From positions 82,368 to 146,367 of the IMG/VR virus record IMGVR_UViG_2904150443_000004: a DNA stretch of 64,000 nt; one strand, written 5' to 3'. The notes beneath the pieces are model-generated. The model did no database searches and was not told the origin of the DNA. It saw nothing but the letters and a program-made list of their open reading frames with translations. The stretch comes from a virus (Duplodnaviria; Caudoviricetes). Positions 55,269 through 64,000 of the stretch are shown in pieces. Positions within the stretch are counted from its first letter, which is position 1. Each line of letters starts with the position of its first letter. The translations under genes and the position numbers were made by a program.

Positions 55269-58200
55269 GTGAAACCAATTAATCAAGAATACATAGGTTG
55301 CCATTGTCACACCAGTAGAGGAAGTAACATCAGATTAGTAGATAGTATCAATAAAACTAAAGATCTAATCAAAACAGCAGTTGATCTTGGTTATAAAGGA
55401 ATGGCGATTACTGACCATGAATGTTTATCAGCTCACGTAGAAGCAATTCAAATAATTAAAGAATTAAAATCAAATGGTAAAATGAATGAAGATTTCAAGC
55501 TGATTCTAGGGAATGAGATTTATCTTGTTGATTCCATAGAAGAAGTACGTGATAACTACAAAAGTGGAATAACTAAGTTTCCTCACTTTATTTTACTAGC
55601 TTGTGATACTATCGGTCATGAACAATTAAGAGAGTTATCGTCGATTGCTTGGAGTCAAAGTTTTGTAACTGGTCTAATGGAAAGATGTCCTACTGAGAAA
55701 CATGTACTTGCTGAGATTATTAATAAGAACAAGGGACACTTGATAGCAACTAGTGCTTGTCTTGGCTCTGAACTCGCAATTAACACTCTAAATCTTATTG
55801 AAGCTGAGAAAGTGGGCAACAAAGAACAGATTATATCCTACAAAACCAAAATAGATGAGTTTATTAAATGGTGTATTGACGTTTTTGGAAGAGACAGGTT
55901 TTTTATCGAGTTACAACCTGCACTTTCTCAAGAACAGATTCAATTCAATAAACGTGCTGTAACAATTGCAAAGTTCTATGACCTGAAAACAATTGTGGCT
56001 ACAGATGCTCACTTCCTAAGACCTGAAGATTTAAAAATACATAAGGCGTTCCTAAACTCCAAGGATGGAGACAGAGAAACAGAAAGTTTTTATGCTTCAT
56101 GTTTCGTTCAATCAAAGGATGAGATTATCGAACGACTTGGTGTTGAAGACAATTTAACTCTTGAACAAATTAATGAGGCTATGTCTAACACACTTTTAAT
56201 TGGCTCTATGGTTGAGGAGTATGATTTGTTTCATACACCGACGATTCCTAAGATTGAACTACCTGAGTTTAGTGTTCGTCATTTATTTAAACCAGCATAT
56301 GACAAGTATGAATACATAGAAAAAATGGCTCATTCTGAAGAAGACCAAGATAGGTATCTAATTAAATTAATTGAAGATGGATTCAATGAGAAGTTCCCAA
56401 GAAATGTTCTAACAAAAGAGTATCTTCATCAGATCCTAGCTCGTATCAATATTGAACTAGGAGAGTTATGGAACATTACAGAATCGATGCAACAGGCAAT
56501 GAGTAGTTACTATGTAACCGTCCGTGAGTTGATTAATATCATTTGGGACGACTGCGGGGGAAATAGCTTAGTTGGTGTTGCACGGGGTTCTGCTGCTGGA
56601 TTTATTATTAATTATCTATTAGGTATTACACAGTTCAATCCAATGGACTATAATTTACCTCACTGGAGACACATCCATGCTAGTAGACCGGATTTACCAG
56701 ATATCGACATAGATACGGAAGGTTCAAAACGTAAAACAATTCTACGAGCATTTAAAGAGCGATTTGGTGAGAGAAGAGTATTAAATATTGCAACGTTTGG
56801 TACTGAGGGATCTAAGAGTGCTATTCTAACAGCTTGTCGAGGCTTAGGAATTGATAATGATATTGGACAACATATTGCATCATTAATTCCCTTTGAACGA
56901 GGAAGTAACTGGACATTATGCGATTGCTTGTTCGGTAATGAAGAAAAACAACGAAAACCTGTGACCGAGTTTATTAATGAAATTGAAAAGTATGAAGATC
57001 TTAAGGAAGTCGCGCTTAAAATCGAGGGGATTGAAAATAAGAGAAGTATTCATGCTGGTGGGATATACATATTCAATGATGATTTTGTGAAGTCAAATGC
57101 TATGATGAAAGCCCCAAATGGTCAATGGATTACGCAATTCTCAATGGGCGATAGTGAATACATGGGCAATGTGAAATATGACCTGCTCACAATTGAAGCA
57201 CTCGATAAGATACGTGAAACTATGAATCTATTAATTGAATACGGAGAAATCGAGTGGCAGGGAAGCTTACGAGGCACTTATAACAAGTACTTTCATCCAG
57301 ATAAACTTGAATTCAACAACCCAGAAATGTGGAAGAAACTTGGTCAAGGTGAAGTAATCGATCTATTCCAATTCAATACGCAAATAGGCATTGAGACAGC
57401 TAAAAAAGTAAAGCCAGAGAATCTACTTGAAACTGCTGTTGCAAACTCTCTTATGCGTCTGATGAGCGATGGTGGAAGTGAGCAGCCAGTAGATCAATAT
57501 GTAAAGTTTAAGAATGATATATCCCTTTGGTATGACGAAATGGATGAGTATGATTTATCACCTGAAGAAGTTCAAGTGATGGAGAAGTACCTAAAAGACA
57601 TCTATGGAGTAGCTGACACACAAGAAGTTGTAATGCAGATGGTTATGGACGAGAGAGTGGCTGCTTTTGATGTTAAACTCTCCAATAAATTAAGAAAAGC
57701 TATTGCAAAAAAATCGGAAGAAGCTATGAAAGAAGTTAAAGAAATTTTCTTTCGAATGGGTGAAGCAATAGGAACATCTCAAAAAATCCTTCATTATATA
57801 TGGGATGTTCAAATAAAGAGGCAGCTTGGATATTCGTTCTCGTTGTTGCACACCTTGGCCTATAGTCTTATTGCTCTACAAGAACTGAATATCTATTTTC
57901 GATACAACCCATTGTACTGGAACACTGCCGTGTTAACAGTAAACTCAGCAAGTTATGACGATTCAGATGATTCTGATAGTGAGGAAAAGAAAGATAATAA
58001 GTCAACGAACTATGGCAAAGTTGCATCTGCAATCGGGATGATGAAACAACATGGAGTAAAGATTGGCTTACCAGATATAAATAAAGCAAACTTTGGTTTT
58101 AAGCCAGATTTAGAGAATAATCAAATCATCTATGGAATAAAGGGTTTGGTTGGTATCGGAGATGATGCTGTACAAGAGATCATTTCAAATAGACCATATA

Positions 58201-59225
58201 ATTCATTTGAAGATTTTGTTGAACGAATGTTTGACACTTCAAAAATAACTAAATCGCAGCTAACACAACTTATAAAAGCAGGATGCTTTGATTCATTCGA
58301 AGACAGAGAAAGTATCATGAAGAAACACATAGATAGATTATTTACACCAAAAGAAAAATTAAATATGCAAAATTTCAATATGCTAGTAGAAATGAACTTG
58401 ATTCCTGAAGAATACAAATATTACGCAACAACTTTTAAGTTCAGAAAATATGTCACGAAAAACGTACATAGAACTGAGGGGAAAGATAAGTTTTATTTGC
58501 TTGATGACATATCAACCAAGTTTTTCGATGAGTATTTCAGTGATGCCTCAGTGGTAGATTACATAAAAGGTAGACCATTAATCTCTGAGAAAGAGTTTAA
58601 AAAAGAGTATGACAAGAAAATGAATGGTATCAGGGATTGGCTAAGTGACCATTCCACCTTAAACATGGTTAATAAGAGTTTATATATAAATGAATGGAAC
58701 GAGATTGCATACGGGAATATCAGCAAATGGGAAATGGATTCTTTATCGTTCTATTACAATTCGCACGAACTCTCTGATATTGATAAAGAGAAGTATTCGA
58801 TTAGTGAGTTTAGTAAGATGAGTGAAGAACCTGTAATAGTAGGCACTTATGTATCGAAGGGTCGAGAAAGACCAAAGTTCAAGATTGATGCTATCGTTGG
58901 AACGGTATTAGATCGAGACAAGAACAAGCATACAGTTACTTTACTTACACCAGATGGAGTAATAACAGTAAAGTATTATGATGGTGCATTTGCTCATTAC
59001 AATAAGCAGATCTCAAAGCCATTACCTAATGGGAAAAAGCAAATACTTGAGAAGAGTTGGTTCACTAGAGGAAATAAGTTATTTATCTGCGGATACAGAA
59101 GAGGATCACAGTTTAAACCATATAGATATTTTGACACGTTTCAATTCCCACATACGACAATGCTCATTACCGATGTAGGTGATGATGGAACAATTCAAGT
59201 AAAACAAGAAAGAACAAAAATATAA
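55269..59225 (+). CDS. dnaE: DNA polymerase III alpha subunit (phage DnaE); start may be ATT 55278
   Basis: PHP HCHT/AITDH, RGSAAG, PDIDID, HAGG, YSFS..H..AY. Confidence 0.95.
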   Translation: MKPINQEYIGCHCHTSRGSNIRLVDSINKTKDLIKTAVDLGYKGMAITDHECLSAHVEAIQIIKELKSNGKMNEDFKLILGNEIYLVDSIEEVRDNYKSGITKFPHFILLACDTIGHEQLRELSSIAWSQSFVTGLMERCPTEKHVLAEIINKNKGHLIATSACLGSELAINTLNLIEAEKVGNKEQIISYKTKIDEFIKWCIDVFGRDRFFIELQPALSQEQIQFNKRAVTIAKFYDLKTIVATDAHFLRPEDLKIHKAFLNSKDGDRETESFYASCFVQSKDEIIERLGVEDNLTLEQINEAMSNTLLIGSMVEEYDLFHTPTIPKIELPEFSVRHLFKPAYDKYEYIEKMAHSEEDQDRYLIKLIEDGFNEKFPRNVLTKEYLHQILARINIELGELWNITESMQQAMSSYYVTVRELINIIWDDCGGNSLVGVARGSAAGFIINYLLGITQFNPMDYNLPHWRHIHASRPDLPDIDIDTEGSKRKTILRAFKERFGERRVLNIATFGTEGSKSAILTACRGLGIDNDIGQHIASLIPFERGSNWTLCDCLFGNEEKQRKPVTEFINEIEKYEDLKEVALKIEGIENKRSIHAGGIYIFNDDFVKSNAMMKAPNGQWITQFSMGDSEYMGNVKYDLLTIEALDKIRETMNLLIEYGEIEWQGSLRGTYNKYFHPDKLEFNNPEMWKKLGQGEVIDLFQFNTQIGIETAKKVKPENLLETAVANSLMRLMSDGGSEQPVDQYVKFKNDISLWYDEMDEYDLSPEEVQVMEKYLKDIYGVADTQEVVMQMVMDERVAAFDVKLSNKLRKAIAKKSEEAMKEVKEIFFRMGEAIGTSQKILHYIWDVQIKRQLGYSFSLLHTLAYSLIALQELNIYFRYNPLYWNTAVLTVNSASYDDSDDSDSEEKKDNKSTNYGKVASAIGMMKQHGVKIGLPDINKANFGFKPDLENNQIIYGIKGLVGIGDDAVQEIISNRPYNSFEDFVERMFDTSKITKSQLTQLIKAGCFDSFEDRESIMKKHIDRLFTPKEKLNMQNFNMLVEMNLIPEEYKYYATTFKFRKYVTKNVHRTEGKDKFYLLDDISTKFFDEYFSDASVVDYIKGRPLISEKEFKKEYDKKMNGIRDWLSDHSTLNMVNKSLYINEWNEIAYGNISKWEMDSLSFYYNSHELSDIDKEKYSISEFSKMSEEPVIVGTYVSKGRERPKFKIDAIVGTVLDRDKNKHTVTLLTPDGVITVKYYDGAFAHYNKQISKPLPNGKKQILEKSWFTRGNKLFICGYRRGSQFKPYRYFDTFQFPHTTMLITDVGDDGTIQVKQERTKI

Positions 59226-59693
59226 GAGGTGTGATTATCATATGTATAAAACAAAAAAAAAATAAGAAGCCCAACAAAGACACCAAAATGTTTGTAACTT
59301 ATCTCGAACCAAACGACAATGAAATTACCCTTTCATTCCGTAACAGTAAAGCGAAAGAAGAATTTGAGCAATTAAATAAATTATTGAAACTAGAAAGGAT
59401 TCAATTTAAAAGTCCAATGTCTCAAAAATCAGCAATTGATTGCAGCGTTAGTGCGATCAAAAGCGCCCTTACATATACACTTAATTAGAGGTGAACTAAT
59501 TGGATAGATTTGAGTTCGGTGTTCCTGATATCAATGAAGCAAAGGTGTTGCTTAAGTGTTCAGAATCTGGCTATGAAATTTATGAAGGTAATACATACAT
59601 AGAAACACCTGAAGGCGAAGCAATCATAGATGATTTAGAAATTGTGATGAGAAAGTACGGTCTTATCCGAAAAACAGCAGGAGAGATAAATAA

Positions 59694-60335
59694 TTGAGCA
59701 AAAGTAAAACGAACGAAGGGAAGGTCTTTGAAAAGAATTGGGCAGAAAGTTATGCTAAATTACCAATCTACTATCTAAGACTTGTAGATGCTGTTAAATG
59801 GACTAGGGGTGGAGATTCTTCCTTCACTCCATCCAATCCATTTGATGCACTACAATTTAAATCTCCATTCTTGTTTCTTCTTGAACTTAAAAGTACATCT
59901 GGTACTAGTATGAGTTTTAATCCCAATAAGCCAGATGAGAAACCAGAGAATAATAAATCACAATTGATGTTGAAGCCACATCAAGTTAAGGCGCTTATGA
60001 AAGCAATCGAAACTGAAGGGATAATATCTGGCTTCATTATTAACTTTCGTGAGAAGAAAATGAAGACAATTCATCATCCACATGAAACGTACTTTATACA
60101 TATCAATGACTTTATGAAGTTTGCTATTGAATCAGGGAGATCAAGTATAAGTCGAGAAGGTTGCAGAGAGATTGGATTGTATATCGGCGCAACACTTAAA
60201 AAGGTAAACTATAAATATCATGTTGATGAGTTTATAAATGAAGCCCTAATAAAGTATGTTAAAGCAGGTTATATAAGCGAAGAGTTTCTTACTAGAACAC
60301 ATCAGCAAATTGAGGAGTTATTAATTCATGTTTAA
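59694..60335 (+). CDS. RecU-like Holliday junction resolvase
   Basis: GKVFE, PFD, LELKST, PHQ PD-(D/E)xK motifs. Confidence 0.75.
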   Translation: MSKSKTNEGKVFEKNWAESYAKLPIYYLRLVDAVKWTRGGDSSFTPSNPFDALQFKSPFLFLLELKSTSGTSMSFNPNKPDEKPENNKSQLMLKPHQVKALMKAIETEGIISGFIINFREKKMKTIHHPHETYFIHINDFMKFAIESGRSSISREGCREIGLYIGATLKKVNYKYHVDEFINEALIKYVKAGYISEEFLTRTHQQIEELLIHV

Positions 60336-60350
60336 TATGAAGGAGATCCT

Positions 60351-60518
60351 ATGGCAGTATCAATAAATGATTATACTCTCGGTAAAGTGTCGTTTTTAAC
60401 GCAAGAAGATGATGACTTTGTACCAGACACTGTTTGTAATGATAAAATAACCGGTTGGATAGATGAAATGATAAATATAGTAATGTTAAAGGAAAATGAT
60501 GCTATAAATACAAAGTAA
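60351..60518 (+). CDS. 55-aa acidic protein upstream of the integrase
   Basis: AAGGAG RBS, ATG 60351, TAA 60518; below the ORF-track cutoff. Confidence 0.55.
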   Translation: MAVSINDYTLGKVSFLTQEDDDFVPDTVCNDKITGWIDEMINIVMLKENDAINTK

Positions 60519-60569
60519 GAAATGCTATAATACAAAATATATAAAATATATAAAAACAGGTGATTTAAT

Positions 60570-62243
60570 GTGGTTACTCTAAGAGGAAGTGAAAAATTAA
60601 ATAAAGAAATGTTTTTAGCCTTGATCGATTTGGTCAAGGTTATTATTTATGTGCGCGTATCAACTGATGACCAAGCAAAACACGGTTATTCATTGGAGTC
60701 ACAAATAGAACGGTGTGCTGAGCACCAAAAACAGAAATACAATGCCGACGATGATGAAATCTTGGTTATCGTGGAAGAAGGGGAATCTGGAGATAATCCA
60801 GACAGACCTGCATTGAACTATTTATTGTATCTTGTAGAAGAAGGTATGGGGAGAGTCGTATATGTTCTTCACCCAGACAGATTAAGTAGATTTCTTCATC
60901 TGCAAACTAATGTATCGATGAGAATCTGGAACGCAGGATGCGATCTACAATTTGTTGAGTTTGATTTGGATAAAGATAATCCTGAATCAATGCTTATGTA
61001 CAATATTCAGGGCTCTATCTCTCAGTACAATAAAGCTAAAATATTGGCAAACAGTAAACGAGGTAAAAGGCAAAAAGCCAAGAAGGGAAAGTTAAATGGA
61101 GGGAAACGATTTTACGGTTATATATACGATAAAGAAACAAGTAATCTGAGCGTGAATGAATTTGAAAAAGAGATATACTTGAGAATGGTGTCAATGCTAT
61201 TAGAAGAGGATTGTTCTTGCTCAGACATTGCGAGACAACTAGCAGAGGATAATGTAGCTGCACCAAGCGGAAACTACTGGTATCAATCCACAGTAACAAG
61301 AATACTTAGGAATGAGTTGTATACTGGCATATCATATTATGGAAAAACTGAAGTAATTCAAACTCAAGGTAAGAAGAAGCAGGTCAAAAGAAAGCAAGAA
61401 GATTGGATACCAGTTGCTGTTCCTGCTTACATAACGAATGAAACTTATCTCGATATTCAAAAGAAAATTGATAGCCTAAGTAAAGTAAAAAGTGGAAGGC
61501 CAACACAATCTTATTTGCTTAAGGGGCTAAGCAGATGTGGAAGATGTGGAGCTGCTGCATCAAGTGGTATAACTTCAGTTACTAAAAGAGGAATACTAAA
61601 GTATTACACATGCAATAACAAAAGTAAGAAAGAGTTTGAAGTGGGAACGGGAAGAGTAAGGAAGAAATGTAGGGGGCGTAATTGGCGAGTCGACCATATC
61701 GACAATTTTGTGTGGGAGTATATACTGAGTTTAATATATGACCCAGTTCCTTATATAGAGACAATTATTAAGAAAAAAACGAACATCAGCAATAATGAGG
61801 TAATAAACAAAAGATTGAAAAAGTTAGAAAAAGCAATGAAGGAACAGGAGTTTGCAAAGGAACGCTACATCGACTTATATGCATGTGGCATGATCAAGAG
61901 CAAAGAAGACCTAGAAAAGAAGACAAAACCTATTGAAGAAAAGATCAAAGATATGAGCTCTCAAATTTCGATATTAAATGAAGAAAAAAAATTATATGAA
62001 AACAAAAATAATGAAATTGATCAAATGAAAACGATGCTAGAACATTATTCAAAGATAATTGATCCAGAAAACGTACCTTTTGAAATGAAGCGAAAGTTGG
62101 TCAAAGCACTTATTCATAGCGTAACCCTAAACGACAACATGACTATAGACGTAGTGCTTAAGGTTTCAGACTCAATTGGTGCAATTTCTTCTGTAAATAA
62201 ACATAGAAACCAAAGCACTAGCCAAAGCCATGGAGGATCATAA
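60570..62243 (+). CDS. large serine recombinase (prophage integrase)
   Basis: YVRVST catalytic motif, DRLSR, recombinase domain, CGRCG zinc ribbon, coiled coil. Confidence 0.95.
   Translation: MVTLRGSEKLNKEMFLALIDLVKVIIYVRVSTDDQAKHGYSLESQIERCAEHQKQKYNADDDEILVIVEEGESGDNPDRPALNYLLYLVEEGMGRVVYVLHPDRLSRFLHLQTNVSMRIWNAGCDLQFVEFDLDKDNPESMLMYNIQGSISQYNKAKILANSKRGKRQKAKKGKLNGGKRFYGYIYDKETSNLSVNEFEKEIYLRMVSMLLEEDCSCSDIARQLAEDNVAAPSGNYWYQSTVTRILRNELYTGISYYGKTEVIQTQGKKKQVKRKQEDWIPVAVPAYITNETYLDIQKKIDSLSKVKSGRPTQSYLLKGLSRCGRCGAAASSGITSVTKRGILKYYTCNNKSKKEFEVGTGRVRKKCRGRNWRVDHIDNFVWEYILSLIYDPVPYIETIIKKKTNISNNEVINKRLKKLEKAMKEQEFAKERYIDLYACGMIKSKEDLEKKTKPIEEKIKDMSSQISILNEEKKLYENKNNEIDQMKTMLEHYSKIIDPENVPFEMKRKLVKALIHSVTLNDNMTIDVVLKVSDSIGAISSVNKHRNQSTSQSHGGS
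62215..62240. other. attR junction (approximate)
   Basis: the host spoVK frame begins at about AAA GCC ATG GAG GAT (K-A-M-E-D); the integrase stop lies on the host side. Confidence 0.7.
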
Positions 62244-62631
62244 AAATCAATTTATCCTCATATTGGCAGGGTATTCGGATGAGATGGATTGGTTAATGCA
62301 GACGAACTCTGGGCTGCCTTCGCGATTCCCAATACAAGTGGAATTCCCTGATTATTCGGTAGATGAACTTCTGCATATCGCAGAATCTATGGCAAAGGAT
62401 CATGATTATGTACTAATGCCAACTACACAGGCGCAGTTAAAACAGGTGATTTTGGATGAGAAAATTCTTGCCCCTAATCTGTTCAGTAATGCGCGCTTTG
62501 TTCGAAATGTAATGGAAAAGGCGATGCGTAATCAAGCGGTTCGCCTCCTTCAGCTATATCCGCAGCAATCTCCGGGCAAGCTGGAATTAATGACATTGAA
62601 GCCAGAGGATTTAAAATGGGAGCGAAAATGA
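62224..62631 (+). pseudogene. spoVK: 3' half of stage V sporulation AAA+ ATPase SpoVK, split by the prophage
   Basis: MED....ILILAGY..EM......N.GL.SRFP...FPDY and FSNARFVRN; Walker A/B half absent; lies upstream of hflX as in Bacillales. Confidence 0.88.
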
Positions 62632-62713
62632 GGTATACTGTACAACGTATATGGTCAATGATCATAGTTCGATGGAAATATGGATGATGAACCGATAAGG
62701 AGAATGTACGCGA

Positions 62714-64000
62714 ATGCGAAAAGAGCCTCACCAAACGAATCAAAATATACCCGATCGAGCGGTGCTCGTGACTTTAATAACAGATGATGTCAAGCGGAGC
62801 GGGGTTGATCCTCAATATTCGCTTGACGAGCTGGTGCAGCTGGCGGAAACGGCTGGCGTTGAGGTGTTGACCACGATGACACAGCAGCGTGAATTCCGTG
62901 ATCCTAGATGGTTCATAGGGAAAGGCAAGGTACAAGAACTCAAGGCGGTCATTGATGAGATGGGTGCAACGACCGCTATTTTTGATCAAGAGCTGTCTGG
63001 CGCTCAAGTCCGCAACCTGGAACAAGCGTTGGATGTGAAGATTGTAGACCGTACTCAGCTCATTCTCGATATTTTCGCACAACGAGCAAAAACAAGAGAA
63101 GGTATCATTCAGGTGGAGCTGGCACAATTGTCATATCTGCTCCCTCGTCTATCCGGACACGGGAAGAACCTGTCGCGTCAAGGCGGTGGTATCGGCACAA
63201 GAGGGCCCGGGGAATCCCAATTGGAAACGGATCGCCGCCATATTCGAGGACGTATAACTGACTTGAAGCGTCACCTGCATGAAGTCGTTCGCAACCGCAA
63301 TCTGCATCGAGAGCGCCGCAAGAAGACAGGAGCGTACCAGGTTGCGCTTGTCGGCTATACGAATGCGGGGAAGTCAACGCTGCTGCGACAACTGACTCAG
63401 GCGGATGTGTATGTGGAGAACCAATTGTTTGCGACGCTGGATCCGACTTCTCGCCAGTGGGAGCTTCCTAGCGGCAAGGAAGTGGTCTTAACGGATACGG
63501 TTGGCTTTATTCAAAATTTGCCTCATGATCTTGTAGCGGCTTTTCGTGCGACATTAGAGGAAGTGAATGAGGCCGATCTCATTTTGCATGTGATGGACGC
63601 ATCTTCGCAGATGCGAGAGGATCATATGCGGGTCGTAGAGGATATTTTGCAGCAATTAGGAGCGGGAGCTAAGCCGCAAATTGTTCTCTATAATAAGAAG
63701 GATCTATGCACCCCAGAACAACGACAGATGCTGCCGCATGATAAAGATCACTTTATTATAAGCGCTTATGATGAAGGGGATCTGGAGCGTATTCGGCAGG
63801 CAGTGCAAGATCAATTGTCCGGCCAAACGGTTACCTACCGAATATCCGCGGATCGTGGGGATTTGATTGCCTTGATCTATCGATTGGGAGAGGTTCTGGA
63901 GCAGGAGATCGACGAGAATGATCTGCTGCTTAAGGTTCGGTTGGATCGGCTAGCCGCTGAGCAGCATGGATATAAGTTGAATGATTACATCAATAAATAA
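62714..64000 (+). CDS. hflX: ribosome-splitting GTPase HflX (host)
   Basis: GIGTRGPGE, GYTNAGKS, LFATLDPT, DTVGF, NKKD. Confidence 0.97.
   Translation: MRKEPHQTNQNIPDRAVLVTLITDDVKRSGVDPQYSLDELVQLAETAGVEVLTTMTQQREFRDPRWFIGKGKVQELKAVIDEMGATTAIFDQELSGAQVRNLEQALDVKIVDRTQLILDIFAQRAKTREGIIQVELAQLSYLLPRLSGHGKNLSRQGGGIGTRGPGESQLETDRRHIRGRITDLKRHLHEVVRNRNLHRERRKKTGAYQVALVGYTNAGKSTLLRQLTQADVYVENQLFATLDPTSRQWELPSGKEVVLTDTVGFIQNLPHDLVAAFRATLEEVNEADLILHVMDASSQMREDHMRVVEDILQQLGAGAKPQIVLYNKKDLCTPEQRQMLPHDKDHFIISAYDEGDLERIRQAVQDQLSGQTVTYRISADRGDLIALIYRLGEVLEQEIDENDLLLKVRLDRLAAEQHGYKLNDYINK

Larger units (their letters stand above)
1..62225 (+). mobile_element. SPbeta-like large temperate prophage (right arm; left end outside window), integrated in spoVK
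   Basis: AT-rich, co-oriented dense small ORFs. SPbeta-type gene set (uvrX/yolD, DnaB, primase, RecJ, nrdIEF with intein, DnaE, YopX). Terminal serine recombinase abuts a truncated spoVK, and GC rises visibly after ~62230. Confidence 0.93.

Noticed and set aside
1642-63377. Numerous 60-170 aa minus-strand or nested ORFs in the track (e.g. 53995..54510, 23536..23883, 28310..28696)
   Set aside because: They are shadows of well-supported + strand genes, with no RBS or motifs
1-64000. tRNA/rRNA genes, reverse transcriptase (DGR/retron), arbitrium genes, IS transposases
   Set aside because: No supporting motifs seen by eye; a covariance-model or HMM scan would be needed to exclude them formally

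Overview
Positions 1 to about 62225 are the right-hand ~62 kb of a large, AT-rich SPbeta-like prophage of a spore-forming Bacillota host, probably Paenibacillus-like (inferred from gene content). Nearly all genes are on the + strand. The replication and nucleotide-metabolism core includes a UvrD helicase, DnaB-like helicase, primase, RecJ, NrdIEF (intein in NrdE), ThyX, DnaE and RecU. A LexA-controlled Y-family polymerase/YolD pair, a ParM/ParR-like module and about 100 small accessory ORFs are also present. The prophage ends in a large serine recombinase whose 3' end runs into the 3' half of the host sporulation gene spoVK (attR), followed by host hflX. The most striking unexplained signal is a 16-bp imperfect palindrome, TRAAA-N6-TTTYA, with a freely variable 6-bp centre. 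I found 30 exact and about 10 near copies by eye, almost all at gene junctions between a stop codon and the next RBS. They bracket accessory genes and were not seen inside the core operons or in host DNA. This looks like an integron-like gene-cassette or recombination-site system in a phage; no cognate recombinase lies in this window. A second highlight is a PAPS-reductase gene next to a nuclease-less phosphorothioate sulfur-binding-domain protein. All calls are from motif recognition by eye; no searches were run.
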